Below the pieces are notes generated by a model. It had not been told where the DNA came from and made no database searches. It worked only from the letters and a program-made list of their open reading frames with translations. Shown here piece after piece: positions 24,188 to 39,117 of a stretch of DNA of 64,000 bases (position 1 is the stretch's first letter; each line of letters starts with the position of its first letter). This stretch comes from Octopus sinensis. Lineage: Eukaryota. The stretch covers positions 15,314,001 to 15,378,000 of the forward strand of contig NC_043023.1 in assembly GCF_006345805.1 (NCBI RefSeq), written 5' to 3'. The position numbers and the translations under genes were made by a program.

Positions 24188-25751
24188 TTTTGTTCTATAG
24201 TATACAAACACAAAATATAATTTTGCTTCCTTTTTTATATATTTCTATTGCTAATATTTCCAGCAGTTCCGATCTTCATCAATATCTGAAGATGATACAA
24301 ACACCTTTGCAGATATCTCCCACTCCAAACAGAATGTGAAAGACTTTAGCAAATATTACAGGCAATGATGGAAACAAATGTTGCCATTAATTCAGAAGAA
24401 ATATTTCAGTTTTCCACCATAGACAAATCGTATAAACAGAGTTATGTCAAATATTTATAACATCTTCCATTAGATGATCAATATTCATGAAGTATCACTA
24501 ACATTTCACCTCCTGAAATGACACAGAAACAGAAGAAGATATAGGAAAGACTTAAAAAGCAGAGATTCAATTATAAAAAAAATATAACTACATCTTCAAA
24601 ATGATAAACTGTGGATAAAATCCTTTAATTTGTCTTTGAAATTTATTTATGGTAATTTATAATATGGTAACCCTTTTGTTACCATATTTCTTTTGAGATT
24701 CAGTGTGTTTCTTTCAATTATTTTAAATATAATAAAGAATTTAGTAAACTAACTTAGTTATCATTCAACTAGTGTTAGTAACATAAATTGGAACTAAGGT
24801 TTGGTGGAAGATTTTCATTCAAAACTTATGAAAACAAGACATTTTACCACAGAGCCAGAGCCGGTTTTGGCCGGGTTAGTAACAAGAGGGTGTGGTCTTT
24901 GAAATTTATTTTGTTATTAAAATTATATGATACAACCTTGTGTAATGTCTACATATACACGGACTTCCGTTCCTCTTCCTTCAGATATTATGTAAAACAT
25001 TATCCCTTTAGTGTTCAGATTATTCTGTTAAATGTAATTCTTTTTCACTCAAATTGTTTTGAATTAATCATGCATTATCTTATGGCTTTGAGGTTTCAAT
25101 GATGTGATTGTTTATTTCTAGGTTAGGTGTGAGAGGCCAGATACCGCCAGTTTGAATATAAAACATGCAGAATATCTGGGCCTGATATGGCCGGTTTAAA
25201 CAATAAAGGGTTCAACTATAGGATATTGAACAATAATATGATAAGTGACTACTGTTTAACCCTAGGTTATCCTTGACTGAGCAGATCTATTATTAATGAA
25301 ATTAGGTAATGTTCATGATTGTTACAACTTCTGTAACAGATCAAACATAAACATAAACTACAATTTAGTGAACCAACCCATCATGACTTTTCCTCTGGTA
25401 ACTTTATTAATAATAAAAACAAACTGCACTCACATATGTTGAAGGTGTGGTCACTAATTTAGAGAAAGTGTTCTGTGAATTGACGTATGAAGATTAGAGC
25501 CAGGACAGAATGGCGATCCTTCGGTATAGGTACACACGTGACTTTGTTTACATTTCTAAAGATAACCCTAACCCCCACATATAAAAAAACACCTTTTTGA
25601 AATATATCCGGTACTTCCGGAAGTACATCGGTACTTATACCGTAAGATCGCCTTTCTTTTTAAAACAAAGTAAATAAAACACAAAAGCATAGGTACTGCT
25701 AACGAAGACTGGACACGGTACGCGCTAGCTAGTCGTAAGTAGTCGATCCTA

Positions 25752-26812
25752 CAACGAAAATTTTAGGAAAAAAGTAAATAAGTAAGAAACAACTGCAAAA
25801 TTTTACCGATGCGTGTGTTAAATTATAAGGCACAAAAAGAAAATGACTTTCCCCAGACACAACAGAATATGCTTCAATACACGAATTCATATAAAGAACC
25901 TTGCAAACCAAATCCAAAAACGAAATAGAATTATGTTTCTTTATTACCCACAAGGGGCGAAACACGGACGGGACAAACAAGGACAGACAAACGGAATAAG
26001 TCGATCAGATTGACCCCAGTGCGTAACTGGTACTTAATTTATCGATCCCGGAGGATGAAAGGCAAAGTCGACCTTGGCGGAATTTGAACCCAGAACGTAA
26101 CGGCGGACGAATTAATATCGATGTCAGACTAGCAACATTGAATACTTTCATTATTGTCTGAGTTTCGAATTGTCTTTCTTCTTTCCAGTTCTTCTGCTTT
26201 CACTAAAAATAAAATATGTACGATATCTTACCTGTTATGATAAATAAATCAAGTGAAAAAGTCAATTAACGCAAACCACACCAAAAAAGCCATTCAGCGG
26301 GAAACGTAATTGAAAGAAAGCTCAAAAAATAGACATGGAATATTGACGAAACGAACTGAATGGTTTTCGAATACAGGTAGAAATAACACACACGAGTCTT
26401 CCTATTTTCCCTCCATCCCTCTTTGATAAGTCCTGTTGGTTTCTTTCCGTCCCTGTAATTTAAGGGTTCGGTAACAGGATAGTGGAAAAGTACCAATAGA
26501 TATGAAAATAAGCAGTCAGTTTTGTATGTTTTGTCATCATTTGGATTTTTCCTCATAACTCACATTTTTGAAAAGTAATTATACCAATAAAAAACATTGA
26601 GAATTTACCAACTTAGTTTTAGCATCCGATAAATATATAGTATTACGATATATACAACATCCGGATATCAGTTCGTTTCGTCTATATTCCATGTCTATTT
26701 TTTGAGCTTTCTTTAAATTACGTTACCCGCTGAATGGCTTTTTTGGTGTGGTTTGCGTTAATTGACTTTTAACACTGATTTATTTATCATAACAGGTAAG
26801 ATATCGTACATA
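25752..26812. repeat. Mirrored first-exon module between Z4 and Z5
   Basis: Z4-side arm 25752-26350 with donor at 26231-26230 (-); reversed spacer; Z5-side arm 26641-26812 with donor GT at 26796. Confidence 0.85.
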
Positions 26813-26814
26813 TC

Positions 26815-27345
26815 TTTGCCTTAGATGCACCAAACAATGTCATTTGTGATGCAGGATTGTCTGATATTGTTCAGGAAATCCTTTGACTGGATGGAAGTAC
26901 CTTCCAGAAGAGGTTGAGAAGGAGCTGGTAGTGCTGGCAATATTACCTTACTGCCTGGGCATTGCATGCCATTAGTTTCATTTGGAAATTTTAAAGCTTT
27001 ACAGAAACAACGATTTGAGTTTAGCACACAAATTTGGCCAAAATTATCATTTTCATAAAAATGGGATGGATTATATCTGAAAGCAGCTCCAGGATTTGTG
27101 AAGAACGCATTTATACATAGTCTGTTTGTGAGAGCTATTCTATTGGACCACTGTCTAATCATTAAAATGTTTTAATGGCTAAGCATTAAATGCTGCAGCA
27201 TGTGTTTGCTGATCTTGCAAAAGTCTCATCTCCCTTCTGTATTGAGACTCCATCTGACGTGCTGCGGCTTGCCTTTGCTCATCTTGAGAAAGTCCCATCT
27301 TGCTTCTGTCTTAAGAAGCAAGATGGAAATATTGTCCAATGATAT
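26815..27345 (-). mobile_element. Helitron coding fragment (region upstream of the Rep domain)
   Basis: AFRYNP..FY...GQ..C.CKALKFPNETNGMQC..SKVILPALPAPSQPLLEG..SKDFLNNIR, then frameshifted QMTLFGA. This resembles the conserved Helitron segment ending FQMTSFG (recognised by eye). Confidence 0.75.
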
Positions 27346-27954
27346 GTAATTTAATGTTTTACATAATATCTGAAGGAAGAGGAGCTGAAGTCTGTGTATA
27401 TGTAGACATTACACAAGGTTGTATCATATGATTTTAATAACAGAATATATTTCAAAGACAACTTAAAGGATTATATCCACGGTTTATGATTATGAAAATG
27501 TAATTATATTTTCTATTGTTGAATCTCTGCTTTTTAAGTCTTTCCTATATCTTCTACTGTTTCTGTGTCATTTCAGAATATGAGATGTTAGTGGTATAAA
27601 GGAGTTTTTACATCAGATACATCAGGAATATTGATCATCACTTGAAGACTTATGGAAGATGTTATAAATAATACATATAACCACGTTTATATAATTTATC
27701 TATGGTGAAGAACTGTGAAAAATTCCATCTGAATTAATAGCAACATTTGTTTCCATCATTGCCTGGAATATTTGCTGAAGTATTTCCCATTCAGTCTGAA
27801 CTTGGAAAAATCTGCAAAGGTGTTTCTATTACCTTTAGCTATTGACAAAGATCAGACTTGTGGAAAATATAACTAGAGAAGTATTTGAATCAACCAAGGA
27901 ATATATAAGAAGAACAGGAAAATATATTTTGTGCTTGTATACTATAGAACAATA

Positions 27955-29086
<1,132 letters not shown>

Positions 29087-29705
29087 TAGCACTGTGATAT
29101 CTGCAGTAAATAATTGTGTGTTCAGTATTACTTAACAGATCACAATTCCACTCATGCTAGATATGTCACTGTGATATCTGTGTTAAATCTTTCTCTGAGG
29201 AATGTGCTATATATACTCATAAATATTTTCTTATAGGAGAGAAGACCTATCACTGTGATATGTATAGTAAATCATTCTGTGTGGAACAATATTTAACTAA
29301 TCCCAAATGCATTCATAAGGGTGACAAAAAGCACAACACTGTGGCATCTGTGATGTCATTCTCTTGTAATTACTTAACGAAATACAAACATATTCATACA
29401 AGATTGGATTCTTGTGGCTGTGTTATCTTTGGTAAATCATTCTCTCAATAATGTACCTGAACTTAACATATATGTATCCATATTACTCAATGACAATATC
29501 AGTGATATTGTGAATTAATTTAATAAACAGAAAGAAAATTAAAGTTGTCTTACTCTTTTTTTCTCCTCTCATTTTATACGCAGAACATTCTACCAAATGT
29601 TGTAATGGTGACACACACGTAAATTATAGAATTCACAGTGGATCAGTGTATGATAAAAGTCACACACGTCTCCAAACTAACCTACTATCAGCGTTTATTT
29701 TCTCT

Positions 29706-30033
29706 CTATCCGTTCAGTCGAAGTTGACTCTCGGTCACTTGTTGGATCAGTGTCCTCCAGTCAGTTCTATCCTCGGCCGCTTCTTTCAGATTGGCTATGT
29801 CCAGTCCGGTATAACTGTTGATGGTGTCAAGCCAGCGGTGTCCTGGTCGGCCTCTTCCTCTCTTGCCACTGACCATTCCGAGCATGATGTCCTTCTCCAG
29901 GGATTTTTCTCTGCATAATATGACCAAAAGATGCAATTCTATGCTTGGTGATCCCTGCTTCTAGTGACATTTTCGGCCTTATCTGCTTAAGAACTTCTCC
30001 ATTGGTGAGCCTCGCTGTCCATGGAATCTGCAA
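29706..30033 (-). mobile_element. RTE-clade LINE, 3' end of ORF
   Basis: IPWTARLTNGEVL...FGHIMQRK / SLEKDIMLGMVSGKRGRGRPGHRWLD...DRTDWR, the typical RTE/BovB-like C-terminus, split by a frameshift. Confidence 0.85.
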
Positions 30034-30279
30034 ATTTGTTGATATTATTTAATTAAATATCAAGATACAGTGAACGGGAGACTTTTACATTTAAACCGCC
30101 CGAAATTTCATCTAGTTGTACCTTCTCCCCGTTAATTAATCCTTCAAATTAGTGCTGAAAGAAGAAATAACGTTTGATTTCATGGTAGGGGTGAAACATC
30201 AGTGATATTATAATGGCTCAGAGTTACTTCCCTTAGCATTAAACAGAAAGAAATGCCTTCAAACTTTATATTTCGTCTT

Positions 30280-30738
30280 TATTCCTCTTTGACCAGATCC
30301 AGCTGGAATAGTTCTCTGCTGTCTCTCATATTGCCTCTAGAGCATTGCTCATGTTCTTCCCAGAGACTGAGGGTTGTTTCGTTAAATCGTAGGGTGATTT
30401 GCCCATAAGATCGCGCCTCTGTAGTGGGAGAAGCGTGGTCCTTTGCTATTCGTAAGACCCGCAAAAGAGAAAGCAGGCCAACCCCCGACACCGTGAGCAT
30501 CGACGGATGGATGAATGCGTATCCAGGCTCAGCGGTTGCGTAGGAAGTCGGGGACAAGAAATAGGAAGAAAGAATGAGAGAAAGTTGCAGCAAAAGAGTA
30601 CAACTGGGGTCGCTACCCACTGCTGGAGACTCAGGTGTTTTCGCTCAATAAATTCACAAAACGCCCGGTCTGGGAATCGAAACCGTGATCCTCCGACCGC
30701 GAGATCGCAGCCCTAACCACTGGCCATTGCGCCTCCAC
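30280..30738 (-). mobile_element. tRNA-derived SINE family D
   Basis: Head ggaggcgcaatggccagtggttagggc...ggtttcgattccc with A- and B-box-like motifs. The 3' limit is uncertain. Confidence 0.7.
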
Positions 30739-30807
30739 TGTTGTTGCTGTTGCTGGAGGTGTTTGTGTTGAACTTGTTATTGTTGTGGGTGATGTGGTTG
30801 TTATCGT

Positions 30808-31605
30808 GGATCTTTTCCTTTTGAACGGCACTTTTCAACACAATTTCTAGTTAAGTAAACACATTTAAACTTTGTATACTGGTAGAATGTGTTATGAAAC
30901 ATCATTTTTTCTTGTCTTTATTCAGAAAATTCCATATATTGTAACATATTTCGTCTTTAATTTCGAGCATTTCGGCAATTTTAACCAATCGCTGACCTCC
31001 ATTGACGTAAACAACATTCCGTGCTGTATGAATATGTCCCTCGTTTAAGAAACAGATTGGGTTTATTTACATTTGCGAAGAAAAAAAAGATACCCTCCGC
31101 CTCTAACCCTAACTCTAAACCGAACCCTAAAATAGATTGAAATGCAATAGATCGATACTAGGGTCATAATTATGGGTGACATTTTCATTTGACACCGCTA
31201 GAATAAAATCCCATTTTCCGTAGCGGTGTCGTATGAAATTGTCACCCATAATTATAACCCTAGTATCGATCTATTGCATTTCAATCTGTTTTAGAGTTAG
31301 GGTTAGGGGTGGGAGAAGGGTATCTTTTTTCTTCGCAAATGCAAATAAACCCAATCTGTTTCTTAAAGGAAGGACATATTCATTATGCACAGAATGTTTT
31401 CACCCCAAATGGAGGTCAGCGATTAGTTAAAATTGCCGAAATGCTCGAAATTAAAGTCGAAATGTGTTATAACATATAGAATTTTCTCAATAAAGCCAAG
31501 AGAAAATGATGTTTTATAAACACATTCTACCAGCATACGAAGTTTAAAACTTTTTAGTTACCCAGAAATTATGTTAAAAAACTGCCGTTCAAAAGGAAAG
31601 GATCC
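30808..31605. mobile_element. Complete foldback MITE type II (798 bp; arms ~390 bp, 20-nt loop)
   Basis: GGATC...GATCC termini; loop at 31201-31220. No clear TSD in this copy. Confidence 0.9.
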
Positions 31606-31904
31606 GAATGTTGTTGTTGCTACCAACACCGCTATTGTTTACATTAATTTGAAATTTGCCAGCAAAATCTCATAAAATGGCAATGTTCTATAAGTTGTAC
31701 ATGCTTATATCCTTTGTATGAAAATAAAGAAGTTAAATATGTTATGTGACTCCGGCGTAACCGTAACCGCCAAAAACGGGTGGTGTGGCTATTCGTTACC
31801 TTGGCCCAATTCACATTTTCAAAAATTTATTATAGTTATAAACAAACATTAACAGTTTACCACCTTAATTTCAGCATCAGACAAAAGTGAGTAAATACGA
31901 AGCG

Positions 31905-32043
31905 CACAACAACCGGATTGTTAGTTCGTTTCGTTGACATTCCGTGTCGGCTTTTCTATGTGTCTTCCAGTAATATTTCCCGCTCGTTCGAGTGTGTAAT
32001 TAAAAATATTTCTTATAAAACAGCGACTAAATTATCATCAGAG
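31905..32043 (+). other. Putative non-coding first exon of Z6 (diverged version)
   Basis: caacaaccggat..agttcgtttcgttgacattcc..tttcccgct..ttatcatcagAG|GTAAGT aligns with the mirrored exons. Intron runs to the acceptor at 34024. Confidence 0.55.
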
Positions 32044-34350
32044 GTAAGTTGTAATACATATTTTCTTTTTAGTAAAAGCCTATGTATCTGGCTAATTGGA
32101 AAATCCAGACAGTATTGATAGTTTTAAATAATACCAGTCAGAAATCGATATTAATTCTATTGTCCAGTAAAGCACCTGGTTTTTAATTTCAATTATTTTG
32201 GTAGATAATCCATTTGCTGGTTGTGTCCATTCAAAGCTGTTTGTTGTTTTATCACAGATGTATCATTTGCTAAACATCTGTATTTGCAGTTTATTCTGTC
32301 AAAATGATACACGTTAATAATTCTGTCCATTTCAGCTTCTCAGAATAAATAATCTGCAACATCATAAAACATCAATAGCTAACTGAAACATGTGGCCAGT
32401 GATAGCACTATGATAAAAAGCAGATACAGCCTTTTGTAGACAGAATCGGCAAATGTCATCAACTGGCGATGGGTACTACTCTAGAAGAGTGGTCCCGGTG
32501 TGCGCACTCGCGCTTGTTAGTCGTGACTAGTAGTTACTTACTTTTTGTTTTATTTAATTAGTTAAAAAAGAAATTATTTACTAAAGAATATGAAAACTAA
32601 AAGAATATATCACACACATTTTATTTGATTTGTGTAAAAAAATCATATACATTGTTCTAAGAAATAATTTATTTACTTCCTTTGAAATATTCTTCTATTT
32701 TATTCTGTAAATTCAACTCATTTGCATACGCGCAAGTCGTTATAGGATCGACTACTTACGTCTAGCTAGCGCGTACCGGGTCCAGTCTTCGCTAGTAGTA
32801 CCTGTGTTTTTGTGTTTTATTTACTTTGTTTCAAAAAGAAAGGCGATCTTACGGTATAAGTACCGGTGTACTTCCGGAAGTACTGGATACATTTCAAAAA
32901 GGTGTTTTTTTATATGTGGGGGTGGTTTTTAGGGTTGGTAGGGTGGGTGGAGAAAAGTTATCTGTTATCTCAGAAATGTAAACAAAGTCACGTGTGTACC
33001 TATACCGAAGGATCGCCATTCTGTCCTGGCTCTAATCTTCATACGTCAATTCACAGAACACTTTCTCTAAATTAGTGACCACACCTTCAACATATGTGAG
33101 TGCAGTTAGTTTTTATTATTAATAAAGTTACGAGAGGAAAAGTCATGATGGGTTGGTTCACTAAATTGTAGTTTATGTTTATGTTTGATCTGTTACAGAA
33201 GTTGTAACAATCATGAACATTACCTAATTTCATTAATAATAGATCTGCTCAGTCAGGGATAACCTAGGGTTAAACATTAGTCACTTATCATATTATTGTC
33301 CAATATCCTATAGTTGAACCCTTTATTGTTTAAACCGGCCATATCAGGCCCAGATATTCTGCATGTTTTATATTCAAACTGGCGGTATCTGGCCCCTCAC
33401 ACCTAACCTACATTGACATTCTAGAAATAAACAATCACATCATTGAAACCTCAAAGCTATAAGATAATGCATGATTAATTCAAAACAATTTAAGTGAAAA
33501 AGAATTACATTTAACAGAATAATCTGAACACTAAAGGGATAATGTTTTACATAATATCTGAAGGAAGAGGAACTGAAGTCCGTGTATATGTAGACATTAC
33601 ACAAGGTTGTATCATATAATTTTAATAACAAAATAACTTTCAAAGACCACACCCTTTTGTTACTAACCCGGCCAAAACCGGCTCTGACTCTGTGGTAAAA
33701 TGTCTTGTTTTCATAAGTTTTGAATTGAAGTCTTTCACCAAACCTTAGTTACAATTTATGTTCCTAACACTAGTTGAATGATAACTAAGTTAGTTTACTA
33801 AATTCTTTATTATATTTAAAATAATTGAAAGAAACACACTGAATCTCAGCAGAAATATGGTAACAAAAGGGTTACCATATTATAAATTACTATAAATAAA
33901 TTTCAAAGACAAATTAAAGGATTATATCCACAGTTTATCATTATGAAGATGTAGTTATATTTTATAGTTGAATTTCTGCTTTTTAAGTCTTTCCTATATC
34001 TTCTTCTGTTTCTGTGTCATTTCAGGAGGTGAAATGTTAGTGATACTTCATGAATATTGATCATCTAATGGAAGATGTTATAAATATTTGACATAACTCT
34101 GTTTATACGATTTGTCTATGGTGGAAAACTGAAATTTTTCTTCTGAATTAATGGCAACATTTGTTTCCATCATTGCCTGGAATATTTGCTAAAGTATTTC
34201 ACATTCTGTTTGGAGCGGGAGATATCTGCAAAGGTGTTTGTATCATCTTCAGATATTGATGAAGATCGGAACTGCTGGAAATATAAGCAATAGAAATATA
34301 TAAAAAAGGAAGCAAAATTATATTTTGTGTTTGTATACTATAGAACAATA

Positions 34351-35990
34351 ATGAATCCTCAAGAGATGACAAAAGAAAGAGAAAAATTATCATACCAATG
34401 TGATATCTGTAAAATGACTTTTTCTAATGAGGGAAATCTCACTGTTCACAAATTCATTCATGCAGGTAGGAAGCCATATGTCTGTGATGTCTGTGGTAAA
34501 TCATTCTCTCAGAAAAGTAACCTTACCTCTCACAAATCCATTCATACAGGAGAGAAACCATATGAATGTGATATTTGTTGTAAATCATTCTCTCAGAAAA
34601 TTCACCTTACTAGACACAAATCCATTCACACAGGTGAGAAACCATATCAATGTGACATCTGTGGAAATTCATTCTCTGATAAATGTCACCTTTCTTCTCA
34701 CAAATACGTTCATACAGGTGAGAAACCATATGAATGTGATCTTTGTGGTAAATCATTCTCCCATAAGCACATCCTTACTTCTCACATATCCATTCATACA
34801 GGAGTGAAACCTTATCACTGTGATATTTGTGGTAAATCATTCTCTCAAAGGACTGGCCTTTCTTATCACAAATCTGTTCATACTGGAGAGAAACCAAATC
34901 AGTGTGATATTTGTGGTAAATCATTCTCTCAGAAAAGTAGCCTTACCACTCACAAATACATTCATACAGGAGAGAAACCTCATCAATGTGATGTCTGTGG
35001 AATGTCATTCTCTCAAAAACGTAGCCTTGATTCTCATAAATACATTCATACAGGTGAGAACCATATCAGTGTGATATTTGTGGAAAATCATTCTCTCAAA
35101 AAAGTAACCTTGATTCTCATAAATATATTCATACAGGAGAGAAACCTCATCAATGTGATGTCTGTGGAATGTCATTCTCTCAAAGACGTTACCTTGATTC
35201 TCACAAACCCATTCATACAGGAGAGAAACCATATCAATGTGATATCTGTGGAAATTCATTCTCTGATAAATGTCACCTTTCTTCTCACAAATACATTCAC
35301 AGAGGTGAGAAACAATATCACTGTGATATTTGTGGTAAATCATTCTCCCATAAGCACATCCTTACTTCTCACATATCCATTCATAAAGGAGTGAAACCTT
35401 ATAACTGTGATATTTGTGGTAAATCATTCTCTCAAAGGACTGGCCTTTCTTATCACAAATCTGTTCATACTGGAGAGAAACCAAATCAGTGTGATATCTG
35501 TGGTAAATCATTCTCTCAGAAAAGTAGCCTTACCACTCACAAATACATTCATACAGGAGAGAAACCTCATCAATGTGATGTCTGTGGAATGTCATTCTCT
35601 CAAAAAAGTAGCCTTGATTCTCATAAATACATTCATACAGGTGAGAAACCATATCAGTGTGATATTTGTGGAAAATCATTCTCTCAAAAAGGTAACCTTG
35701 ATTCTCATAAATATATTCATACAGGAGAGAAACCTCATCAATGTGATGTCTGTGGAATGTTATTCTCTCAAAGACGTTACCTTGATTCTCACAAACCCAT
35801 TCATACAGGAGAGAAACCATATCAATGTGATATTTGTGGTAAATCGTTCTTTCATAAGCGTAGCCTTACTCATCACAAATCCATTCATACTGGAGAGAAA
35901 CTGTATGAGTGTGATATTTGTGGTATACCACTGTCTTGCTTGCGTTCTTTAACCTCTCATAAAAACATTCATACAGGAGAGAAACCATAG
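34351..35990 (+). pseudogene. Z6: 19-finger C2H2 gene with a single 1-bp frameshift (546 aa if repaired)
   Basis: ATG 34351; gagaaccatat near 35060 lacks one A; KP-TAG at 35988-35990. Length 1640 = 1641 - 1. May be intact if the A-run is a consensus error. Confidence 0.75.
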
Positions 35991-36023
35991 AACTGTAATA
36001 TCTGCAGTAAATCATTCTAAGTC

Positions 36024-36603
36024 AGATCTTTTCCTTTTGAACGGCAGTTTTTAACAAAATTTCTAGTGAACTAAACACTTTAAAACTTTGTATACTGGTA
36101 GAATGTATCAAAATAAAACATGTTTTTCTCTTGGCTTTCTTGAGAAAACTGTAATTTGTAAGTTTAACGTAGTTTAATTTTTCGAATTTTAACCAATCCT
36201 ATACCCTCTATTGAGCTAAAATTATTTGCTGCGTCTAAAACTGAGGCAACATCCTGTCACTAACCCTAACCCTAAATTTTAGCCTTTCGTTTTTTTTTTT
36301 CTTAATTGTTATCCTTAAATTAATTTAACAATTGAGAAAAAAAATAAAAACGAAAGGCTAAAATTTAGGGTTAGAGTTAGTCTCAGTTTTAGACGCAGCA
36401 AATGATTTTAGCTCAATAGAGGTCATAGGATTGGTTAAAATTCGAAAAATTAAACTACATTAAATTTACAAATTACGATTGTCTCAAGAAAGCCAAGAGA
36501 AAGAAACGTTTTCTTTTCACACATTCTACCAGTATATGAAGTTTAAAAGTGTTTAATTAACTAGAAATTGTGTTGAAAACTGCCGTTCAAAAGAAAAAGA
36601 TCA
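36024..36603. mobile_element. Foldback MITE type I after Z6
   Basis: Same flanks as the copies after Z1, Z3 and Z4. Confidence 0.85.
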
Positions 36604-36795
36604 GGTATTTCTCCTGCATCTGTCTTACCAGAAATATATAGCATCAGTGGTGCTTTTCCCTGGCATGAACCCAAACTGCATCTCATCTAAACTGACTCTC
36701 TCCCTAATTAGTTGATAATTATTTACTTTGTGTGAAAAAATTATTTACCTTGTTTAAAAAAAAAAATTATTTGATATACAGCCTTTAAATACATA

Positions 36796-37309
36796 CCAAA
36801 ATTCTTTGAGTGTAGTCCGCCCTTGAGTATAATACGCAGGGGAATTTTTAGGGGGCTGTACCTCTGAAAAACTTAAACCTTGTGTATAATATGCACCCTT
36901 TCTCTAACCTGAGTCAAGGAGGTCTACATAACATCCTTGGTTTCTAAAAATGTATATGGTAACGTCCTTTCTTATTATTGTATACATAACATAATGCAAA
37001 CGTGTAGCTTTTTTGTGTATTTTGTTTGCAGAAAATAAAGAAATAACAGTAATAACGTTTAATAAATGTTGCTTACTGCAAGTTATGGATGATTCTTTTA
37101 TGACTTCATTACTTTCAGGCTTAGCTTAAGGTATTTTCATGCCGGACATCACAAAATGTGTCTGAATAAACATTGCCGGACAGCAAAGAGAGACTCGGAC
37201 ATTGTTTAGAAAATAATTTTCATTTTTAACCTTGTATATAATCCGCACCTGGGATTTTGATCTTTCAATTTTTTGGGGGGAAATGCGGATTATACTCGAG
37301 GATTTACAG
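36796..37309. mobile_element. Non-autonomous Tc2/pogo-like element
   Basis: Paralog of 16820-17299 with TA flanks. Confidence 0.75.
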
Positions 37310-37630
37310 TACATGTTTTGCGCATGCGTGCATCTATTAATTTGCATACGTGCACTCGCGCTAGGTAGTCGAAGGATCGACTAGTCACGAGTAGCTAGAG
37401 CGATAGTGCGTAGTGGGACCACTTTTCTTAAATAGTAACCGGCGTCGATAACCAGTTGAGTCGTGGGTCACTCTGGTAATTAATATATATATAACAATTA
37501 TAGGTGGTTTTACGTTTTGCGCAATGATATTTACTACCAGGGTGCCACCAAGCTTATTGAATATGAGAAGGCTGTTTTTCCTGAGATGTATATTAACACG
37601 CAGACGTCTATACTTCGTACAAGTTTGCAC

Positions 37631-38366
37631 TGATCTTTTCCTTTTAAACAGCAGATGTCAACACAATTTCTAGTTAACTAAACTCTTTTAAACTCCGTAT
37701 ACTGGTAGAATGTGTTTATAAAATATCATTTTTTCTTGGATTTATTGAGAAAATTCTATAGTTTGTAACATATTTCCACTTTAAAATCGAGCATTTCGGC
37801 AATTTTTACCAATCAAATACGTCCATTTGGAGTCAAAACATACCGTGCTGTATGAATATGTCCTCGTTTAAGGAACAGATTGGGTTTATTTACATTTGCG
37901 AAGAAAAGAAGATACCCTTCCCCAACCATAACTCTAAACCTAACCCTAAAATAGATTGAAATGCAAAGATCGATACTAGGGTTATAATTATGGGTGACAG
38001 TTTCATACGACACCGCTACAGAAAATGGGATTTTTTTCTGGCGGTGTCAAATGAAAATGTCACCCATAATTATAAGCCTAGTATCTTTTTCTCTTCGCAA
38101 ATGTAAATAAACCCACACTGTTTCTTAAACGAGGGACATATTCATACGGCACAGAATGTTTTCACCTCAATAGACATTATTTATTAGTTGAAATTGCAGA
38201 AATTAAAGAGAAAAAAACAACAAATATCTTACAAACCGTAGAATTTTCTGAATTAAACCAAGAGAAAAAGATGTTTTATAAACACATTTCTACCAGTATA
38301 CGAAATTTAAAAGTGTTTAGTTAACTAGAAATTGTGTTGAAAACTGCTGTTCAAACTGAAAAGACC
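37631..38366. mobile_element. Foldback MITE type II, near full length
   Basis: Palindromic about the gacaccgcta...gcggtgtc centre. Same flanks as 3448. Confidence 0.85.
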
Positions 38367-38543
38367 TACATACTCTGTTGTTGATGGTGAAATTCCAATG
38401 AAGGATCCTTGGATTTAGGTTAGAAATTGGCTCTTTCTCTATTGGCAAGTAATTTTGAAAGTCGATATAACGGACTTAACCCGTGTGTCTGTCCTTGTTT
38501 GTCCTCTCTGTGTTTAGCCCCTTGTGGGTAATAAAGAAATAAG

Positions 38544-39117
38544 GGATCTTTTCCTTTTGATAGACAGAATTAAACCCAATTTCTAGTTAACTAAACAACT
38601 TGAAACTTCATATACTGGTAGAATGTGTCAAAATAAAACATTATTTTCACTTGGGTTTTTTAATAAATTTGTAATTTGTAACTTTAACGTAGTTTAATTC
38701 TTTGAATTTTAACCAATGAATCGCCAGTATTTGAGCTCAAATCATTTGCTGCGTCTAAAAACTCAGACAACTTCCTGTTACTGTTTACGTAAACAGTGCA
38801 CACACAATGTTTGTTTTTGTCACATTCGTTCCCTTCTCTCACTCAGTCCATCTCTCTCTCTCTCCCTGTATGTCTTTCTTATTCCATCTCTCTATTGTTT
38901 TTCTCAGTCAAAGGTCTCTTTCTCTCTTTTAATCCATTTTTTACTAAATGTTTTGGATCTTTTCCTTTTGATAGACAGAATTCAAATTACAAATTTATCA
39001 AAAAACCCAAGTGAAAATAATGTTTTCTTTTGACACATTCTACCAGTATACGAAGTTTAAAAGTGTTTAGTTAACTAGAAATTGGGTTGAATTCTGTCTA
39101 TCAAAAGGAAAAGATCC
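38544..39117. mobile_element. Composite foldback MITE type III with inverted flanks
   Basis: gaaataag|GGATC...GATCC|cttatttc. Contains an internal TIR near 38955 and a ~190 bp CT-rich insert. Confidence 0.85.

Noticed and set aside
30065-30275. Possible Tc1-type MITE fragment starting tacagtgaacggg
   Set aside because: There is no matching second terminus in the window.
30670-30738. tRNA genes at tRNA-like heads (also 4700-4750, 5813-5880)
   Set aside because: They have A/B-box-like motifs but continue directly into repeat bodies, and I could not fold a full cloverleaf. These are SINE heads.
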